Positions 1-11,744 of a DNA stretch of 64,000 bases are shown piece after piece. Below the pieces are notes generated by a model, which made no database searches, was not told the origin of the DNA, and worked only from the letters and a program-made list of their open reading frames with translations. The translations under genes were made by a program, and so were the position numbers. The stretch's first letter is position 1. Each line of letters opens with the position of its first letter. The stretch spans positions 1,550,001-1,614,000 of the forward strand of contig CATNEN010000002.1 of NCBI GenBank assembly GCA_950097015.1, read 5' to 3'. Source of the stretch: Macrostomum hystrix (taxonomy: Eukaryota; Animalia; Platyhelminthes).

Positions 1-180
1 GTGCAGCCGACAGCTCAGCCCCAGCTATTGCGCGGCGCATCTGAATGCTGTGTACGACAGTTCAGTCCATGGACGCCATACACACCCTCAATTACCACAG
101 CAATGCAGAGTTAAGTGTCTTGCTAAAGTGGCACAAATTCCACCAATGGATTCGGGAATCGAACCCTAAACCCCACTGAA
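1..180 (-). mobile_element. SINE copy, diverged, truncated by the window edge
   Basis: Reverse complement of the family body (gtgcagccgacag...cagtccatggac...gagttaagtgtcttgctaaag) and B box (gggaatcgaacc). Confidence 0.8.
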
Positions 181-1044
181 TGAACTGCTACCAATTAATT
201 GTAATATCTTATTCACCATCCTATCAAAGAAATCAATCATCAAAAAACTGCGAATGATGAAACAGAAAAGACAAAACAGTCGTATGACAAAAACCGACAT
301 GAAGGCATATGAACAATTAGCATAGCTTAGAGAGTGTATGAATTCTAAGAGTAGAGACAAAAATTTAATGCAATAAAAGCTAAGATTGAACATAGCGTTC
401 AATTTCCAATTTTTTTAAAGAAACTTGAAGTATCGTGTGAAAATGTTCACCTCAGCAGTCAGAATGTGTTGTACAATCTGATTCAAAGCTCAGCAGCTTG
501 GCATTCGATTGAAATGATCCCTTCAAATAAATATTTATACGCTGATTTTTAGCTTATCAAGGATGCTGATTTGTACTTTTTTCAGCAGATTTTAGGGAGA
601 AAATGCCCAATGAAGCCGTGCTGCGTTTAGAACACAGACGCAATATACCAATGTGAAACGGGCCACGCGCCTCGACGTTCTACCTCGTTTCAGCCCTCTG
701 CAGCCTATCAATATTGGCATTTAGTCCATGGTTATTAAATTTGCGAAACATCGTTAAACAATCCACTTGTCAGTGAAGCGTTGATAGTATGCTAAACCAT
801 AGTAACAATAACAATATAACTGCCTATCCAGCCAATCACGTGCCTGGGGTGGGTAGCAAGAAGGGGTTCCCCTTATTATTTCTAAAAATAGCGAAAAATC
901 GAAGCTCACTTAGCCGTCACAAGGATTAGATATGCGCGTTTTTCCATCACCAATAAAACAGTTTCCGATTTTCACACTAAATCTAATTAACTATTTTTTC
1001 GGGGAAAAAAACTAAATTAAACCTGCTGCCAAAGAGTTCGCTTT

Positions 1045-4000
1045 CTACTGGATGACGCATTTCTCTTTGGCGTCGGCCAGCATCTTCTGCGGCACCGCGG
1101 TGACGTTCTTGACGGTGTCTCGCATGCCCTCTGGCAGCACGGAGGTGAAGTCCTCTTCGTCTTCTAAATCGCGCTCGGCTGCCAGCTCCTCCGGGGTCTT
1201 GCGCTTGCGGCCCAAACGGCCAGCCGGATCGTCGGGCGGAATCATGCTGATTGGGTCCTCCTTCTTCTGGATGTTGTACTTCAGCGGATGGGATATTGTG
1301 GCTTTGAGACACGTGCTAGAAAAAACAACACACATACTAAAACCAGGGCATCGACTTAGGCGAGAAATTTTTCATAGCCTTTTTTGAACCCATTTGCTCC
1401 AGTCAATAGATTGGAAATTTCCCCATCATCGATGAGATTCTGCTTTTTTATCTAATCCATGGGATATGCATATTCTCCTTAATAGCTGAGATTACGATAT
1501 TCTCCCGTAATAGTTGAGATTGGGATAGTCTCCCATAATAGCTGAGATTGGGATATTCTCCCATAATAGCTGAGATTGGGATATTCTCCCGTAATAGCTG
1601 AGATTGGGATATTCTCCCATAATAGCTGAGATTGGGATTCTCCCATAATAGCTGGGATTGGGATATTCTCCCATAATAGCTGAGATTGGGATTCTCCCAT
1701 AATAGCTGAGATTGGGATATTCTCCCATAATAGCTGAGATTGGGATTCTCCCATAATAGCTGAGATTGGGATATTCTCCCATAATAGCTGAGATTGGGAT
1801 TCTCCCATAATAGCTGAGATTGGGATATTCTCCCATAATAGCTGAGATTGGGATATTCTCCCGTAATAGCTGAGATTGGGATATTCTCCCATAATAGGTG
1901 AGATTGGGATATTCTCCAATAATAGCTGAGATTGGGATATTCTCCCATAATAGCTGAGATTGGGATATTCTCCCGTAATAGCTGAGATTGGGATATTCTC
2001 CCATAATAGCTGAGATTGGGATATTCTCCAATAATAGCTGAGGTATGGGAATTCTCCCTTTACGTCCTGCGATATTGTTTCTTGGAGATTAATTACGTGC
2101 TTTTGAAGTAGAAGAAACTTTTTGACCAGAAAGGTGTCCCAATTTTACTTCTCGAAAAAGCAACAAATCTCACATTCATTAAGCACGGCTTAACGCAATT
2201 TTCTTTTAATTGACGCTTTCTCTAAATAGCAAAATGTTGCAAAGCCAATGAGGTAGCGAATTCGATGCGATCAATAATTACAGCCCATCATCCTCTTACG
2301 CAGGAAATGTTCTAACTAAATTATTGTTTTTTTTCCAATTTTTCTCCTTAACTATGCGCCGTATGCGGCCACCTTCGATCGCTTTCTGGCGCGTGTTCGG
2401 CACTTGAGGGTGTTAGAAACCGGCGTCAGTGCCAACCAGCATCCATAAGTAATTAGCATTGATTTCGGGAACAGAGTCCTCGCTCACCTTGTCCCGAATT
2501 CCCTGCCTCATCTCTTCGCGCTCCGCCTCCAGCTTCCGGTGCTTCTCGTCTCGCTTTCGTTTCTCCTCTGCCAGAGCCTCGGCTATCTCGGCCTGCTGCT
2601 CCGCCAGCTTCTCGGCGTCCTCCCCACTGGCCTCGCTGCCGCCGACTGCGCCTACGGAGTGAGGTGGGTGTGGAGGAGTGAGGTGGGCGTAGAGGAGTGA
2701 GGTGGGTGTAGAGGAGTGAGGTGGGTGTAGAGGAGTGAGGTGGGTTTGGATTAGTGAAATGGGTGTAGACGAGTTAGGCTGATGTAGAGGAGTGAGGTGG
2801 GTGTGGAGGAGGAGGTGGGCGTAGAGGAGTGAGGTGGGTGTAGACGAGTTAGGCTGATGTAGAGGAGTGAGGTGGGTGTGGAGGAGTGAGATAGGCGTAA
2901 AGGAGTGATTTGGGTGTTTAAGAGTGAGGTGGGTGTAGAAGACTGATATCTGTGCCTACTAAAATGGATTTAATTGTTGTGAGCGGATCGGAAAGACCTT
3001 CAATTACTGATTACAACGTGAGTATTAGCATTGAAGCAGCAGTTATGGCTGCAGCAGCTTTGCAGCAAGCAAGCAGGGCAGAATGGAACAACCAGTGGAG
3101 ATTTTATCCAGCCAGGGCTATATTTGCATGTAATTGGAATCCCCAATCGCTGACAGAGTCAGCCTTGGGGGGCGTTTTCAAGGATAGAGTTAAGGCGAGC
3201 AGGGGGTCCCCTGACCAGCGAGAGTACAGTCACGCGCTGCTCTTCAATAATTCAATATTTTTGGCGGTACGAGAGAGAGGGGTGAGACAGAGAGAGAGTT
3301 CGAAGACTGGGTTGAATTTGTCGACCGAGTGATCGTAGCAAAAGCTAAACCAGAAAGAAGAAAAAAAGAAAAGAATGATTCTGCGGGAGGGAAAAAGCGA
3401 CCCTCTCGTTTTGCGTCGCCCCAATCAAATATCCCCCATCCGAACCAAGCCAAGCTTCCGCTGGGAATTGTCCTTCGCACAGCGGTCTGGCTGGCTTGCC
3501 ATTTTTTTCATTCAAATTGCACTTCTTGCGGTTGCAGTAGCTGACAATTTGTCTCGGCAGGGCCGCCAATGTCAGATTTTTCAGATCCCCATGCGATAAA
3601 AGACGCTCATAGAGACAAATTACTGGCAGAGAAGGTTAGTCAATTGCCGCGATCGTAGGGTTAATAAATGAAATCAGCTGGGCTTGCAGACGAATCAATG
3701 ACAGTCTTCAATTGTGCTCAATGTGGATCATTTAAATTCGTAGACTCATTGTGGGTTAAAATCTAGTTGTCTGCATTATTTTCTGCGAGAGATAATCGCA
3801 TCTTCGAGAAACGTTACTGAAGATTTTCGACTCATTCGCCTCAAACAGAATCCAAAAGAATACGCGATCCTTAAATAATCAGTGATGCCCAAGTAATCGG
3901 CGATCCTAAAAGAATCGGCGATCCTAAAAGAATCGGCGATCCTAAAAGAATCGGCGATCCTAAAAGAATCGGCGATCCTAAAAGAATCGGCGATCCTAAA

Positions 4001-5870
4001 AGAATCGGCGATCCTAAAAGAATCGGCGATCCTCTAAGAATCGGTGATCCTAAAAGAATCGGCGATCCTCTAAGAATCGGCGTTCCTCTAAGAATCGGAG
4101 ATCCTAAAAGAATCGGCGATCCTAAAAGAATCGGCGATCCTAAAAGAATCGGCGATCCTAAAAGAATCGGCGATCCTAAAAGAATCGGCGATCCTAAAAT
4201 AATCGGCGATCCTTTAGGAATCAGCGATCGGCGATCCTTTAGGAATCAGCGATCGGCGATCCTTTAGGAATCAGCGATCGGCGATCCTAAAATAATCGGC
4301 GATCCTAAAAGAATCGGCGATCCAAAAAGAATCAGCGATCCTAAAAGAATCGGCGATCCTCTAAGAATCGGCGATCCTTTAGGAATCAGCGATCGGCGAT
4401 CCTCTTTTCCGTAATACGAAAATACGAGAATGTGGTCAAATTTTTACACCTAAGCCGACCTTCTAAAAAGAGATAAATTTAGTCATTGCAAAAGTACATT
4501 TGGATGGTCTTAGTTGGGAATTGATTTAAGAAGCATTCAAGTAGAACCCATATGGGGGGCCACTTGAAAACACCTGAGCTAGGTCGCATGTCCTAGTTCT
4601 TTTTAGCTGTCATTATTACCATAGCAACCTGCATTTGAATGGCATTTAGATTTTAATGAGGAGAGGAGAGGAGCAGAGAGGAGAGGAGAGGAGCAGAGTG
4701 GAGAGGAGAGGAGCAGAGAAGAGAGGAGAGGAGAGGAGAGGAGCAGAGAGGAGAGGAGAGGAGAGGAGAGGAGCAGAGAGGAGAGGAGAGGAGCAGAGAG
4801 GAGAGGAGAGGAGCAGAGAGGAGCAGAGAGGAGAGGAGAGGAGCAGAGAGGAGAGGAGAGGAGCAGAGAGGAGAGGAGAGGAGAGGAGAGGAGCAGAGAG
4901 GAGAGGAGAGGAGAGGAGCAGAGAGGAGAGGAGAGGAGCAGAGAGGAGAGGAGAGGAGAGGAGAGGAGCAGAGAGGAGAGGAGAGGAGCAGAGAGGAGAG
5001 GAGAGGAGCAGAGAGGAGAGGAGAGGAGAGGAGCAGAGTGGAGAGGAGAGGAGCAGAGAGGAGAGGAGAGGAGCAGAGTGGAGAGGAGAGGAGAGGAGAG
5101 GTGAGGAGCAGAGTGGAGAGGAGAGGAGCAGAGTGGAGAGGAGAGGAGAGGAGAGGTGAGGAGCAGAGTGGAGAGGAGAGGAGAGGAGAGGAGAGGAGCA
5201 GAGTGGAGAGGAGAGGAGAGGAGAGGAGAGGAGAGGAGAGGAGAGGAGAGGAGAGGAGAGGAGAGGAGAGGAGAGGAGCAGAGAGGAGAGGAGAGGAGCA
5301 GAGAGGAGAGGAGAGGAGCAGAGAGGAGAGGAGAGGAGCAGAGAGGAGAGGAGAGGAGCAGAGAGGAGAGGAGAGGAGCAGAGAGGAGAGGAGAGGAGCA
5401 GAGAGGAGAGGAGAGGAGCAGAGAGGAGAGGAGAGGAGAGGAGCAGAGTGGAGAGGAGAGGAGAGGAGAGGAGAGGAGAGGAGAGGAGAGGAGAGGAGCA
5501 GAGTGGAGAGGAGAGGAGAGGAGCAGAGTGGAGAGGAGAGGAGAGGAGCAGAGTGGAGAGGAGAGGAGAGGAGAGGTGAGGAGCAGAGTGGAGAGGAGAG
5601 GAGAGGAGAGGAGAGGAGCAGAGTGGAGAGGAGAGGAGAGGAGAGGAGAGGAGAGGAGAGGAGAGGAGAGGAGAGGAGAGGAGAGGAGAGGAGAGGAGAG
5701 GAGAGGAGAGGAGAGGAGAGGAGAGGAGAGGAGAGGAGAGGAGAGAAAAGCAGATGTGCCACTAAGCTAAAACCTAGAAAATAGAAGCAGATACAACGAG
5801 AAAGAAGTCACTCACCCTTTACGCTATCCATCTGCTTGCCAACCAACTGTTTGGCAATGAAACTGGCCAT
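1045..5870 (-). CDS. cpx: Complexin (synaphin), 150 aa, C-terminal CAAX (CVIQ)
   Basis: Exons 5870-5816 (MASFIAKQLVGKQMDSVK), 2651-2488 (EEKRKRDEKHRKLEAEREEMRQGIRDK, SNARE-binding central helix) and 1278-1045 (YNIQKKE...RKRKTPEELAAE...KCVIQ*). GT-AG introns with consistent phases (1,0); 453 nt total. Confidence 0.96.
1462..2058. repeat. 28-bp minisatellite (AATAGCTGAGATTGGGATATTCTCCCAT)n, complexin intron 2
   Basis: About 21 direct copies, some with a 3-nt deletion. Confidence 0.95.
2656..2940. repeat. 19-bp minisatellite (GAGGAGTGAGGTGGGTGTA)n
   Basis: About 14 copies abutting the acceptor of complexin exon 2. Confidence 0.92.
3895..4403. repeat. 18-bp minisatellite (AAGAATCGGCGATCCTAA)n
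   Basis: About 27 copies, with 25-bp variants distally. Confidence 0.95.
4658..5746. repeat. (GAGAG)n pentamer microsatellite with GAGCA/GTGGA variants
   Basis: About 1.1 kb of near-pure polypurine in complexin intron 1. Confidence 0.97.
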
Positions 5871-8027
5871 TCCGAGTTCCGCAGGAGTCGCAGCTGCGGT
5901 CTTTTTGGCTGTCAGCAATTACGTCGCAGAAAATTTTCCGTCCGCGATGGCTTGGTATTTCTTGGGCCTTGGTCTACTTGGTCTGAGAACAATGGACTGG
6001 AGGGGGTATTGCGAGGGTAGGAAGGAAGCAGGAAAAGTCGGCAGAACAGAAGAAGGACGGAGGCGCCGCCGGGCACGCAGCGTCTTGGTCGGCGTGGCCA
6101 ACTTTTTCTGTTCCAAGCCTCCAGGCCCAACCCTCCGTCCAGCGCTGAATGGCTGAGCTGCCTCCACAAGATTTTTCTCACCCCTCGCTCCATCTCAACC
6201 GTTACCAACCCCCCCCCTGATTCTTGCCAGCCGGAGGGCAATGGGCTGCTCTGGGGATCTGTGTGTGTGTGTGTGTGGGATATGGGATGCGGTGGGGAGA
6301 GAGATGTGCCTCCACCCCACTCCTAGCCGAGAACGAGAGAAAGATGAGGGGGGCTTGTATTGGACCGCCTGTCGCCCGGGTCGGACTGGGTGGCTGCTGC
6401 AGCTGACCGCTGAGTTCTAAAAACAGAGCCCGGGATATTGGGGAGAGCTCGGGCTGGGCTGGGGGGATATTCCGGTCTGTAAAGATTGGAGGATGACTGG
6501 CAACGCATGTATAATATATATATATGTGTGTGAGTATGCATTTATTGGCGGATACCAACAGAGGAAAATCGACGATATTTCCAGTCGCTTGCTTGGCGCA
6601 GCGTGGCTGTGAAGGCTGGAGACGGTACTAAAAGTCCCACCACCGACACCAACGCTCTCTCTCTCTCTCTTTCTCTCTGGTTGCGGAAGTGAGCTAAGAA
6701 CTCACAACGGAAGGGTCGGCTGAATTCACTCAAGCCTGAGAGTCAGGCGATGGTATCGGCTGCCCTTGCCGTACCTATTCTATGCGGCGATCTGCGTGTG
6801 CGCGTTACTTTTCATGCACACTCAGAGGAACGGGGTAGAAATAGGAGATTGATGAGGATACAATGGTGAATACACACAGCCTATTATTGCCCCTGTGACG
6901 ACAAACAAACAGGCGATGCAGTGTGATTTCTGTAGAGGCTTGGCTTAGTCTGGCTTGTAACTGGTAGCAGCTGGGCGTGTGTGTTTGGATTGCAGGTCGA
7001 AAATTAGGCCCTGATCTCATGTGAAGTGGATCCTGGCCATTGGTTTTTTGGTCCTGCGTGGCTCAGTGAGGCTTGTGAGTACGTTTCTCTGCTGCTGCTG
7101 CTGCTGTCAGAAGGACTTGGTGATAGTTTGCCCTGGTCCAGACTTTGCTTGAGTGGCGTGTAGACTTTAGGCGAAAGAGAGGAAGAGAGACGGGGCTTGG
7201 GGGATGAACAAATACAGCTGCGGGGCAACTGCAGCAGCTCCCACAGGGGATGCGGATCCCATGAATTGGAAATCCTTCCAATGGGCGCGCATTGCAGCCC
7301 CTCAGCCTGCTGGCTCTATCTGTCTCTGTCAGGGGCCAGAGAGGCCAGCTTCGGCTGAGTATATAATAGCCCGATTGCTTGCTTGGTTCGTGTCTCTTTG
7401 GCTTTGAGCAGCTTCTTCAATCCCAAGCCGGCAAGTTGGCTAGCGCAAGTAGGCTAACGCTCCCCAGTTTTGGCCTAATGCATCGGCTTTGGAAGGTCAG
7501 CTACAGTAGGCCCTAGTAGGAAGCGCAGTTATCGCGACTTTGAGATCCGCGGGAATGTGGGAGAGGAGAGACAGAGGAAGAGGACAAGATGTGCATAGGA
7601 AGAGGCGCCATCAGATGCCGATAGATGTGTGAGAGAGAAATAGAGGAATCGAGACGTTTAGCTGGCTGGCTGTGGGGAGCCGATGAGCGCGGCCTAACTT
7701 TTAGAGAACCGAAAAAAATCGATGCTTTTCTGGCCTCTGCAAGGCCTCCCATCCCTTCCCAATCTGCCTGTTCAGTTTTTTTTTCTTAGCCTTTTGCTTC
7801 TGCAACTGCTCCTTCTGAAGTTTCTGTAGCTTCTGCTGCTGTTGTTGTTGAGGATGACGAGAGGAGACGAGCCCCTTGGTCATTGTCCCACCCGAAATAG
7901 CAGAAGGAGCCATCACACAGGGCTCTGGGTAGGGTTCTGTGCAGGCTAGCAAGTGGGTCCACAAGGCTGCACTGCAATGCTCGCGTTCGTGTCTATGGCC
8001 AGTAGATATTGCACGAACGGTGCAATA

Positions 8028-8073
8028 TGCTGCTGCAGCTTTTTATGCTAATACTGCTGCTGCTGCTGCTGCA

Positions 8074-8113
<40 letters not shown>

Positions 8114-8979
8114 CTGCTGCTGGATTTTTGGTACTGCTGCTGCTACTGCTTCTGCTGCTACTGCTGCTGTCTGTGCTGATTTCGATGATTCCTGAGTCCA
8201 GCATTAGTGCAACATTTTTTTCTTACATTCTTCCTGGCTATTTCTTCCATTAGTGTGAAGACTTTCCGCGGCTGATTGGAAATTTACTGCCGCAGTTGTG
8301 AAAGACAGACAGACGGGATGTGGAGCGGGGCTGGCAGGACTTAGGGAAGTGGAGCAATTTAGTATTGAATTGTCGCCGACATTCTTCATTTTCTTTCTTG
8401 GCTTCCTTGCATTCTGAGAGTCCTGGAGTGGGTGCTCAGTTTAGGCAAAAACAGTGTGAGACATTTTCACACTTGTACGCTTGTTGTTGATGACTGGCTT
8501 CGCGTGTAACAAGTGGGAGTGTATAGACTCATTGGAGCCAGTACGGGGCCCAATCAGTCAGTCAGACTGAGAATAGCTGAGCACACCCGCAGCTGCAGGC
8601 CATTAGGAACTAACGTGCACAGGTGCGGGCTAGATGTTCTAGCCTCTAATGCTTGCTGACTTGCAGATATTCGTTTTGGAATCTGGAAATAATTAGTCCA
8701 TAATTAAATTGTACCTCACCTTTCTACACTGAATGGATTTTACAAGTTGTACTTTGTGGCAACTTGGATAATTTTTAGTAAGCTAGTTAATGCTTTTATC
8801 CGTTCAGCAGATCAGTTCACCAATGAATCAGTAGATCAGTTCACCAATGATTCAGTTGATAGAGGTTGTAGCAGCAGCAGCAGCAGCAGCAGCATCAGCA
8901 GCTGCATCAGCAGCAGCAGCAGCAGCAGCAGCATCAGCAGCTGCATCAGCAGCAGCAGCAGCAGCAGCATTAGCATAAT

Positions 8980-9016
<37 letters not shown>

Positions 9017-9035
9017 TGCAGCAGCAGCAGCAGCA
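8028..9035. repeat. CTG/CAG trinucleotide tracts (8028-8170 and 8869-9035)
   Basis: Imperfect (CTG)n and (CAG)n runs seen directly. Confidence 0.85.
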
Positions 9036-9221
9036 GTATTAGCATAATAGAGGTTGTCTTCCTAAATTAAGGACAGCAATGAGTAAACTAGGGAAAATCG
9101 TTTTTTTGCACGGTTAGTCTTGATACTCCGGTTTATACTACTCATTGAGTAGTCGCTCATGTTATATTTTTGCATCGCCGAGCGAATATTGTAAATCAGT
9201 TTTCTCTTTAAGGCTGATGAT

Positions 9222-9996
9222 CTACCAGTCTGTGACAAACTTCTTGTTCAGTCGCATCATGCTCAGTTGATCTAGCCGATGCTGATCAATCTCATTGGAT
9301 CTCTTGCCGGAGGAACCAGCGCCACCGTCTAGCTCGTCGTCGTCTTTAAGGTCATCGGCAATGTCATCGACAACTAAAGGATAGTTTTTCGTGCAAGAAT
9401 TATACATACATATTTGAAATCACGCACGGGGTTCTGAGTTTAAAATCTGGATAGGCTATCTGTATCTGAGATTGAACTCGATTTATACGATTAGCTACAT
9501 TCGAAACTTTTTGGTGCCGTGTGTTATAATTATCCCAAATCCTGCCCCAATTGGGTCAGTTGTGTAGTAGCCGACAGCACAGCCACTGTCGCATTGTTTC
9601 AGCCACTGAGGTACGGGGTGATGCCACACCCACCCTCAATTACCCTGGTACCCACTTTACAGCTAAGTGAACTCAAGCAGTGTTTATTATCTTGCTTAAG
9701 GACATAAACTGGACCAATGGAGGCGGGAATCGAATCCCCGACGCTCTAACCACTAAAATACGAATAAAAATGTTTTGAACTAAACAAAGTAAGTTGATAC
9801 TTCAGTCGTGTTTCCTACGAATAAAATTCTATCAGTTCTGCTTCTAGGGAAAGGTCAGATAGCCTCGAAACTAATCTCACCAAATCTCATTAGATTCCCG
9901 ATCAAACGAATCGATTTTAGCACTCACTGCTCGAATACCGCTCGTCATTTGCACCGGCGATGCCTCGCGAGCTGCCAGCCGGATGTGCGTTTGAGT
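9222..9996 (-). CDS. Last two exons of an unidentified gene (5' part unresolved)
   Basis: Exon 9996-9928 (cataccag acceptor, gtgagt donor; SNAHPAGSSRGIAGANDERYSS) splices in phase 1 to exon 9373-9222 (cctttag acceptor; VDDIADDLKDDDELDGGAGSSGKRSNEIDQHRLDQLSMMRLNKKFVTDW*). No family recognised. Confidence 0.55.
9541..9760 (-). mobile_element. Diverged SINE copy
   Basis: cctgccccaattggg...gccgacagcacagcc...cacccaccctcaatta...gggaatcgaatcccc...ctaaccacta matches the family in reverse. Confidence 0.75.
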
Positions 9997-11109
9997 CTGG
10001 TATGATAGAGTGAGGCAAAAAGTGATTTACAAACCATTTCCATGTTCAGTCCATGCATTGGGGTGTGATATTCAGCTCTATTTCGGAACATCATTATGTT
10101 CGGAACATGATCAGACTGTCGCGTACATGAGTTGTCTGTATTTCGATCGTTTCTTAACTTTGCATTGTAGATTGTCTCTCAATTTAAGGCTATACACCAC
10201 CTACTTTTTAGTGTGATTCGGCGTGAAATTTCTGGTTTGTTAGTCGGTAATCGAACAATAAAGTCCTGAGCCCCGACGGTCTAACCACAAGACTACAGCT
10301 CCAAAATATTTTATTATGCATGCACTTATACAGCGGCCAGCAGGAAGAGAGTTGGCTATTAAAACTGCAGACCAGAATTAATAAAGCAACCCTGAAAGAA
10401 GCGCAGGCAGAGTAACCCGATACCAGGTCAACTCATTTCTAAGAAAACTGAACATTAACCGCAGATTGGTCATTGCTAACAAGCTCACTCTACAAGTGGT
10501 GTTGAGTGTTTGAAGTTCAGTGAATTCTTAAGTGAGTGGCTAAAATTGCGTGCGTAATTTTACCTGCGCAGAAATCTTAAACTTTGGGCAAAATTACTCT
10601 TTTTTTAAACAACCGAAAGAGTTTGGACTATTTTTCTTTGTCAGGAGATTATAAAAAGTAGTAAAGGTAAATTTTTCACATAATCAAGTAGCTACCTACT
10701 GAAAATTATAATCATACAATGAATACAAGTTCCCAGCTTTTCGACCAATTCATTATTAAAAACTTATCGACTCAAAATCACATGACAATCACACTTCTAA
10801 TGCGAGCGTAAGTTTTGTTTCAAGATTCAAAGATTAACTTACAGGCTATGCAGATGACAACAAACAATGTTATTTGGGCCGTCAAATTCATTGTTTCTCT
10901 TATAGTTTAAACTTATCCTAGGTATTCTTTCCTTAGCGTTCAAGAACTTCAGATTAAGGAGGCTTAACTGCTTAAATTTTGTTAAGAGTAAAGACTTCCA
11001 ACCTGGCCTGGCTAAAAAAGCTTAATACAAATTGCCATGGAAACCCATGTGTTTTAAACGCATTGGCTCCTAGCTTTGTACCAATTAGAATTCAATCTTA
11101 ACAGAACAC

Positions 11110-11340
11110 ACACTTTCCTCACGGCAGTCATTGAGCAATTCTGTCATGAATGACCTCACACTTTCCTCTCAGCAGTCATTGAGCAATTCTGTCATGAATG
11201 ACCTCACACTTTCCTCTCAGCAGTCATTGAGCAACTCTGTCATGAATGACCTCACATTTTCCTCACGGCAGTCACTGAGCAATTCTGTCATGAATGACCT
11301 CACACTTTCCTCACGGCAGTCATTGAGCAACTCTGTCATG
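11110..11340. repeat. 48-bp tandem repeat upstream of the Ras-like gene
   Basis: About 4.7 copies of CACTTTCCTCWCRGCAGTCATTGAGCAAYTCTGTCATGAATGACCTCA. Confidence 0.92.
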
Positions 11341-11744
11341 TGCTACCACTAAAATCCCCACAGTAATCACTGTGAGACTTCGTCACACCTCCTTGCGAAT
11401 CCCTGACCTTATTTATAGTACATGGTTATACAGATATGCCACCAAAGCTGCATAAAAAATATTGGTGAAGTGACAGCTATGCTTACACACTCGTTGATAA
11501 GAGCTGCAGGTGCTTGTTACCGAGGAGATTCTTATTAAAATTGAAGCATTTTAGCAGCGAATCGAATCGACTCTGGTTTATCTTAGCATAAGAAAATATT
11601 AATAATTTGCTTTATTTCAAGATAAGCTATCCGGAAAAACAGCTGCTGTGGCTCTATCAATACCCAAGGTCTGAAATATGCAAGGTGTATATAATAGGTG
11701 TAACTATATCGATACAGTCTAAGGTAGCCACAAAATCAGTCGCA

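Noticed and set aside
4653-5784. Long Arg/Glu-rich and Leu/Ser/Pro-rich ORFs
   Set aside because: Artefacts of (GAGAG)n. The same applies to the ORFs over the arrays at 1.5k, 23.7k, 25.4k, 30.1k, 41.3k, 45.0k, 54.6k and 60.8-62.1k.
7701-8253. Poly-Q, poly-A and poly-L ORFs upstream of complexin
   Set aside because: CAG/CTG low complexity, short, with no splice-consistent model; probably UTR or intergenic.
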